Origin: an uncultured Actinomycetes bacterium
GTDB taxonomy: Bacteria > Actinomycetota > UBA4738 > HRBIN12
Length of the DNA: 64,000 bases
Assembly: GCA_963832225.1 (NCBI GenBank)
Contig: CAWHTI010000002.1
Coordinates: 298-64,297, forward strand
Direction of reading: 5' to 3'
Shown: positions 60,510 through 64,000 of the stretch, in pieces
Position numbering within the stretch: the stretch's first letter is position 1
Layout of the letters: the number at the start of each line of letters is the position of its first letter
Position numbers and translations under genes: made by a program
Notes under the pieces: generated by a model
Told to the model about the DNA's origin: nothing
The model's input: the letters and a program-made list of their open reading frames with translations, nothing else
The model's database searches: none

Positions 60510-61409
60510 GTGCGCCTCACCGTCCGCGTCCCAGCGACCTCCGCGAACCTCGGGCCGGGCTTCGACTGCTTCGGTCTCGCCCTCGAGCTCTGCAACGAGG
60601 TCACGATCGATACGGATGCCGAGCCCGGCGTGACGTGGGAGGGGGAGGGGGCCGACGAGCTTCCCACGGACGGCTCGGACCTGGTGAGCCGCACGATCGC
60701 GCACGTCGGGTCGCTCCACGACATGCGGCCGCCGCCGCTGCGCCTCTCGGGCCTGAACCGGATCCCGCTCGAGCGGGGTCTCGGCTCCTCGTCGGCCGCG
60801 ACCGTCGCCGGCGTCGTCCTCGGCTCGAGGATCTTCGATCTCAGCATCGACGGGCACAACGCGCTCCGCGACGGGATGCCGTTCCACGACGCGTACTCGG
60901 TGTTCGCGATCGCCGCCCGGATCGAGGGACATCCCGACAACGCGGCGGCCGCAGCGTTCGGCGGTTTCACGATCGCCCTGCCGGACGGCGACGTCCGTCG
61001 CCTCGACGTCGACCCGGCGGTCCGGCCCGTCGCGCTGGTCCCGCTCGATGTCCGACTGCCCACGGCCGAGGCCCGGCGGGCGCTGCCGGACCGGGTGGAC
61101 CGGGCCGACGCGATCTACAACGCCGCGCACGCCGCGCTCGTCGTGGAGGCGCTCACGCGGGATCCGTCGCTGCTGCGTGACGCGCTCCGCGATCGCCTCC
61201 ACCAGGAGGTGCGACTGGATCTCGTCCCCGCCGTTCGGGAGGTCTTCCGGGACCTCGTCGGCGCGGGCATCCCGACCTGCGTCTCCGGCGCCGGACCGAG
61301 CCTGCTGGCGTTCGAGTCCGACCGGCGAACCGTGCCGGACCTCGGCGAGGGGTGGCGCGTGCTCAGGACCGCCGTGCGTCCGGCCGGCTTCGAGGTGCTC
61401 CCGTCCTAG
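60510..61409 (+). CDS. thrB: Homoserine kinase
   Basis: Intact ORF: VRVPATSANLGPGFDCFGLAL..NRIPLERGLGSSSAATVAG (GHMP motif)..EGHPDNAAAA. Confidence 0.9.
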   Translation: MRLTVRVPATSANLGPGFDCFGLALELCNEVTIDTDAEPGVTWEGEGADELPTDGSDLVSRTIAHVGSLHDMRPPPLRLSGLNRIPLERGLGSSSAATVAGVVLGSRIFDLSIDGHNALRDGMPFHDAYSVFAIAARIEGHPDNAAAAAFGGFTIALPDGDVRRLDVDPAVRPVALVPLDVRLPTAEARRALPDRVDRADAIYNAAHAALVVEALTRDPSLLRDALRDRLHQEVRLDLVPAVREVFRDLVGAGIPTCVSGAGPSLLAFESDRRTVPDLGEGWRVLRTAVRPAGFEVLPS

Positions 61410-61429
61410 TTCGTCGGGTCCGCTCATGA

Positions 61430-61453
61430 GACGTTCGTTCGCAACCGAACGTC
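61430..61453 (+). terminator. Weak stem-loop after thrB
   Basis: The sequence gacgttcg-ttcgcaac-cgaacgtc has an 8-bp stem. It begins 21 nt after the thrB stop and has no clear T-tract. Confidence 0.3.
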
Positions 61454-61529
61454 ATTGCATGCGCTGGATCGTGAACCTAGACTCGAACGCCTCCGGCACC
61501 GCGCCCGAGCCACCGGCCCCCACGACCTC

Positions 61530-63728
61530 ATGACCGCCCATCCCGACCTCGAACGCGAGCCGCACTCCGGACCGTCGCACGCCGGTGCTCCGGTCCTCGT
61601 CACGGACCTCGCGAGCAAGACCCTGGCCGTCAAGGAGGGCGAGACCTTCCTCTACTGCGACCTCGAGGGCAATCTCGATCACGGCGGCGACTACGGGCTC
61701 GGGCTCTACCACCGGGACACGAGGTACCTCTCGCAGTTCCGCATGACGGTGTCGGGGCGCGATCCCGTGCTCCTGTCCTCGTCCTCGGAGCGGGCCTACA
61801 TGTCCCACGTCGACCTCACGAACCCCGACCTCTACGAGGGCGAGGAGATCGTGGTGTCGCAGCAGACGCTGAACATCCGGCGCATCCGCGCGATCAACGG
61901 CCGCCTGTTCGAGCGGGTGCGGGTGAAGAACTACAACGCCCACGCGGTCTCGCTCGATCTCGAGTTCTCACTCGCGGCCGACTTCGCGGACATCTTCGAG
62001 GTCCGCGGGATGGTCCGGGAGGATCCGGGCGAGCGGCTGCCTCCGGCACTCACCGAGCGCGGCGTGGACTTCGTGTACCTGGGCCTGGACGGTGTCCGCC
62101 GGACCACTCGGGTCGGGTTCGCGAGCGTGCCCGACAGCGCGGTGGTGGACGCGTTCGGGACGGTGACGGTCATGTTCCGGCTGCATCTGGGGCCGTACCA
62201 GACGCGGATGCTCGGCCTCACGGTCGACCCGGTCGTGGACGACGTGCCGCCGGCGCCGATCGAGTTCGACGTGGCGGTGCACGATCTGCGGAGGTCCTAC
62301 GAGGACTGGGAGCGCGACTCGACCCAGGTCGCTACGGACAACGAGCTCTTCGATCAGTTGCTGGCGCGATGCATCCGCGACGTCCGTGCGCTCTCCACGC
62401 GGACCCCGGACGGGCACATGATGCTCGCCGCGGGCATCCCGTGGTACGTGACGCTGTTCGGACGGGACGCCCTGATCGCCGCGCACCAGCTGCTGTCGGT
62501 GAACCCGGGTCTCGCCCGCGACACGCTGGAGCTGCTGTCGCGCCATCAAGGAACGCGCGAGGATCCGTGGCGGGACGAGGAGCCGGGCAAGATCCTGCAC
62601 GAGATCCGCCACGGGGAGCTCGCCGGCGCCGGCGCCGTTCCGCACACGCCGTACTACGGCTCGATCGACGCCACGCCGTGGTTCCTGATCCTGTACGGAG
62701 CCCACCTGCGCTGGACCGGCGATCTCGAGTTCGCACGCCGGCTGCTGCCGCATGCGGAGGCGGCGCTCCGGTGGATCGACGAGTACGGGGACCGCGACGG
62801 TGACGGCTTCGTGGAGTATCAGACGCGGTCGCCGGGCGGCATCCGCAACCAGGGGTGGAAGGACTCGCACGACTCGATCGTGCACGCGGACGGCCGGCTG
62901 GCGGAGACGCCGATCGCCCTGAGCGAGGTGCAGGCCTACGTGTATCTCGCGAAGCTGCGCATGGCCGACGTCTACGCGGCGCTCGGCGACGATCAGCGCG
63001 CCGAGTTCCTGCGCGCCCAGGCCCACGAGCTGCGCGGCCGCTTCAACGATGCGTTCTGGATCGAGGACGAGCAGTACTTCGCGGGAGCCCTCGACCGCGA
63101 CAAGCGTCAGGTGCGCACCGTGATGTCCAACCCCGGCCACGCGCTGTACTGCGACATCATGGATCCCGACAAGGCGCGGGCGACCGCCAAGCGTCTGCTG
63201 GCGCCCGACATGTTCAGCGGGTGGGGCATCCGCACCATGAGCAAGTCGGCGGCCGCCTACAACCCCATGAGCTACCACAACGGCTCGGTGTGGCCGCACG
63301 ACAACGCCCTGATCGCCGCCGGCCTCAAGCGGTACGGCTTCGTGCGGTCCACCAACCGGGTGGCGACGGCGCTGTTCGACGCCGCGATCCACGCGGACTA
63401 CCTGCGGCTGCCGGAGCTCTTCTGCGGGTTCACCCGCCGCTCGCCGAACCGACCGGTCAGCTACCCGGTCGCGTGCAGCCCGCAGGCGTGGGCGGCGGGT
63501 GCGCCGTTCCTGATGCTCCAATCCATGCTCGGGATCTCCGCCCGGGCCGAACGGGGCCTGCTCACCGTGAACGAGCCGCACCTCCCGGCCTGGCTGCACA
63601 CGGTGGAGCTCCGCAACCTCCGCGTCGGGACGAGCCGGATCACGCTGCTCTTCCGTCGTGAGGGCGAGATCACGTCCTTCAGCCTGCTGCAGCGCGAGGG
63701 CGACATCCGCGTGGTGATGGAGGAGTAG
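61530..63728 (+). CDS. Glycogen-debranching-type enzyme (GDE N-terminal domain + amylo-alpha-1,6-glucosidase six-hairpin domain)
   Basis: Intact 733-aa ORF from MTAHPD: GLYHRDTRYLS..NYNAH..LAAGIPWYVTLFGRDALI..GKILHEIRHGE..YYGSIDATPWF..GWKDSHDS..YHNGSVWPHDNAL..PELFCGF..CSPQAWAAGA. Confidence 0.8.
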   Translation: MTAHPDLEREPHSGPSHAGAPVLVTDLASKTLAVKEGETFLYCDLEGNLDHGGDYGLGLYHRDTRYLSQFRMTVSGRDPVLLSSSSERAYMSHVDLTNPDLYEGEEIVVSQQTLNIRRIRAINGRLFERVRVKNYNAHAVSLDLEFSLAADFADIFEVRGMVREDPGERLPPALTERGVDFVYLGLDGVRRTTRVGFASVPDSAVVDAFGTVTVMFRLHLGPYQTRMLGLTVDPVVDDVPPAPIEFDVAVHDLRRSYEDWERDSTQVATDNELFDQLLARCIRDVRALSTRTPDGHMMLAAGIPWYVTLFGRDALIAAHQLLSVNPGLARDTLELLSRHQGTREDPWRDEEPGKILHEIRHGELAGAGAVPHTPYYGSIDATPWFLILYGAHLRWTGDLEFARRLLPHAEAALRWIDEYGDRDGDGFVEYQTRSPGGIRNQGWKDSHDSIVHADGRLAETPIALSEVQAYVYLAKLRMADVYAALGDDQRAEFLRAQAHELRGRFNDAFWIEDEQYFAGALDRDKRQVRTVMSNPGHALYCDIMDPDKARATAKRLLAPDMFSGWGIRTMSKSAAAYNPMSYHNGSVWPHDNALIAAGLKRYGFVRSTNRVATALFDAAIHADYLRLPELFCGFTRRSPNRPVSYPVACSPQAWAAGAPFLMLQSMLGISARAERGLLTVNEPHLPAWLHTVELRNLRVGTSRITLLFRREGEITSFSLLQREGDIRVVMEE

Positions 63729-63729
63729 C

Positions 63730-64000
63730 TCAGCGATCGCACGGCCCGGTGTCCACCGCGCTCGTGAGCTGCTTCGCCCGCGACACGAGGGGCCGCACCT
63801 GTGGAGAGGTGATGGCGTAGCCGGTGGCGCGGTCCATCGTGGACGCGGCGAAGACCACCCCCGCCACCTCTCCGCTCGTGAGGACGAACGGCCCGCCGCT
63901 GTTGCCGGGGCGCACCACGGTCTGCAGCTCGTAGACCCTGCGCAGGACCTCCTCGCTTCCGTAGATGTCGCGTCCGGTGGCGTCGAAGACGGCGCGGATC
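63730..64000 (-). CDS. Trypsin-like serine protease (MarP/S1C-like), C-terminal part only; continues beyond the window
   Basis: It has the catalytic-serine block RPGNSGGPFV and ends ..GVVFAASTMDRATGYAITSPQVRPLVSRAKQLTSAVDTGPCDR*. The reading frame is open to nt 64000. Confidence 0.65.
   Translation of the reverse strand, partial: IRAVFDATGRDIYGSEEVLRRVYELQTVVRPGNSGGPFVLTSGEVAGVVFAASTMDRATGYAITSPQVRPLVSRAKQLTSAVDTGPCDR

Noticed and set aside
25081-64000. Defence, toxin-antitoxin, prophage or secondary-metabolite core genes in the actinobacterial part
   Set aside because: None were recognised. There are no nucleases, helicases or ATPases of defence type, no phage structural genes, and no PKS, NRPS, terpene or RiPP enzymes. 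The region reads as housekeeping plus transport.

Overview
This 64-kb window is a three-part mosaic rather than one genomic neighbourhood. (i) 1-4994 is very high-GC, actinomycete-like DNA. It carries a PKD/DUF1080 exoprotein, a cupredoxin and the distal part of an ebo-type cluster (TatD/EboB, EboE, EboF), all riddled with frame hops. (ii) About 4995-25082 (~20.1 kb) is visibly lower-GC alphaproteobacterial DNA that looks Bradyrhizobium/Rhodopseudomonas-like. It encodes amidohydrolases, enoyl-CoA hydratase, a CoxL-type molybdoenzyme, a PAS histidine kinase, Fpr, LivJ/DppA/TctC-type binding proteins, an MlrC peptidase and two class-III aminotransferases, and it contains REP-like palindromes. 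(iii) About 25081-64000 is high-GC Actinomycetota housekeeping DNA: ftsH, sigH-rsrA, a PIG-L/decarboxylase/S51 operon, nth, whiB, glpQ, two BNR exoproteins, GNATs, UDG, an ABC exporter, marR, pyrE/pyrD, a pot-type ABC importer, bpa, an M20 peptidase, pdxH, tRNA-Arg(CCG), argS-lysA-hom-thrC-thrB, a glycogen-debranching-type enzyme and a MarP-like protease. Both joins cut genes mid-CDS and lack integrase, tRNA or target duplication, so I read them as an assembly/read chimera or artificial splice, not horizontal transfer. Many genes are interrupted by single-base frame hops, and these occur in multi-kb patches. I found no defensible evidence for a new multi-gene system: there are no defence, CRISPR-Cas, phage, transposase or biosynthetic core genes. 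Secondary items worth a look are listed below.
- A nested-palindrome repeat sits upstream of two amidohydrolase genes and shows a compensatory stem change.
- A ~105-nt leader is conserved upstream of two tandem BNR paralogs.
- A 37-bp tandem/dispersed repeat family occurs at two loci.
- lysA is fused in frame to a GNAT domain.
- A translationally coupled PIG-L/decarboxylase/S51 operon lies next to sigH-rsrA.
All family calls come from motif recognition by eye; no searches were run.
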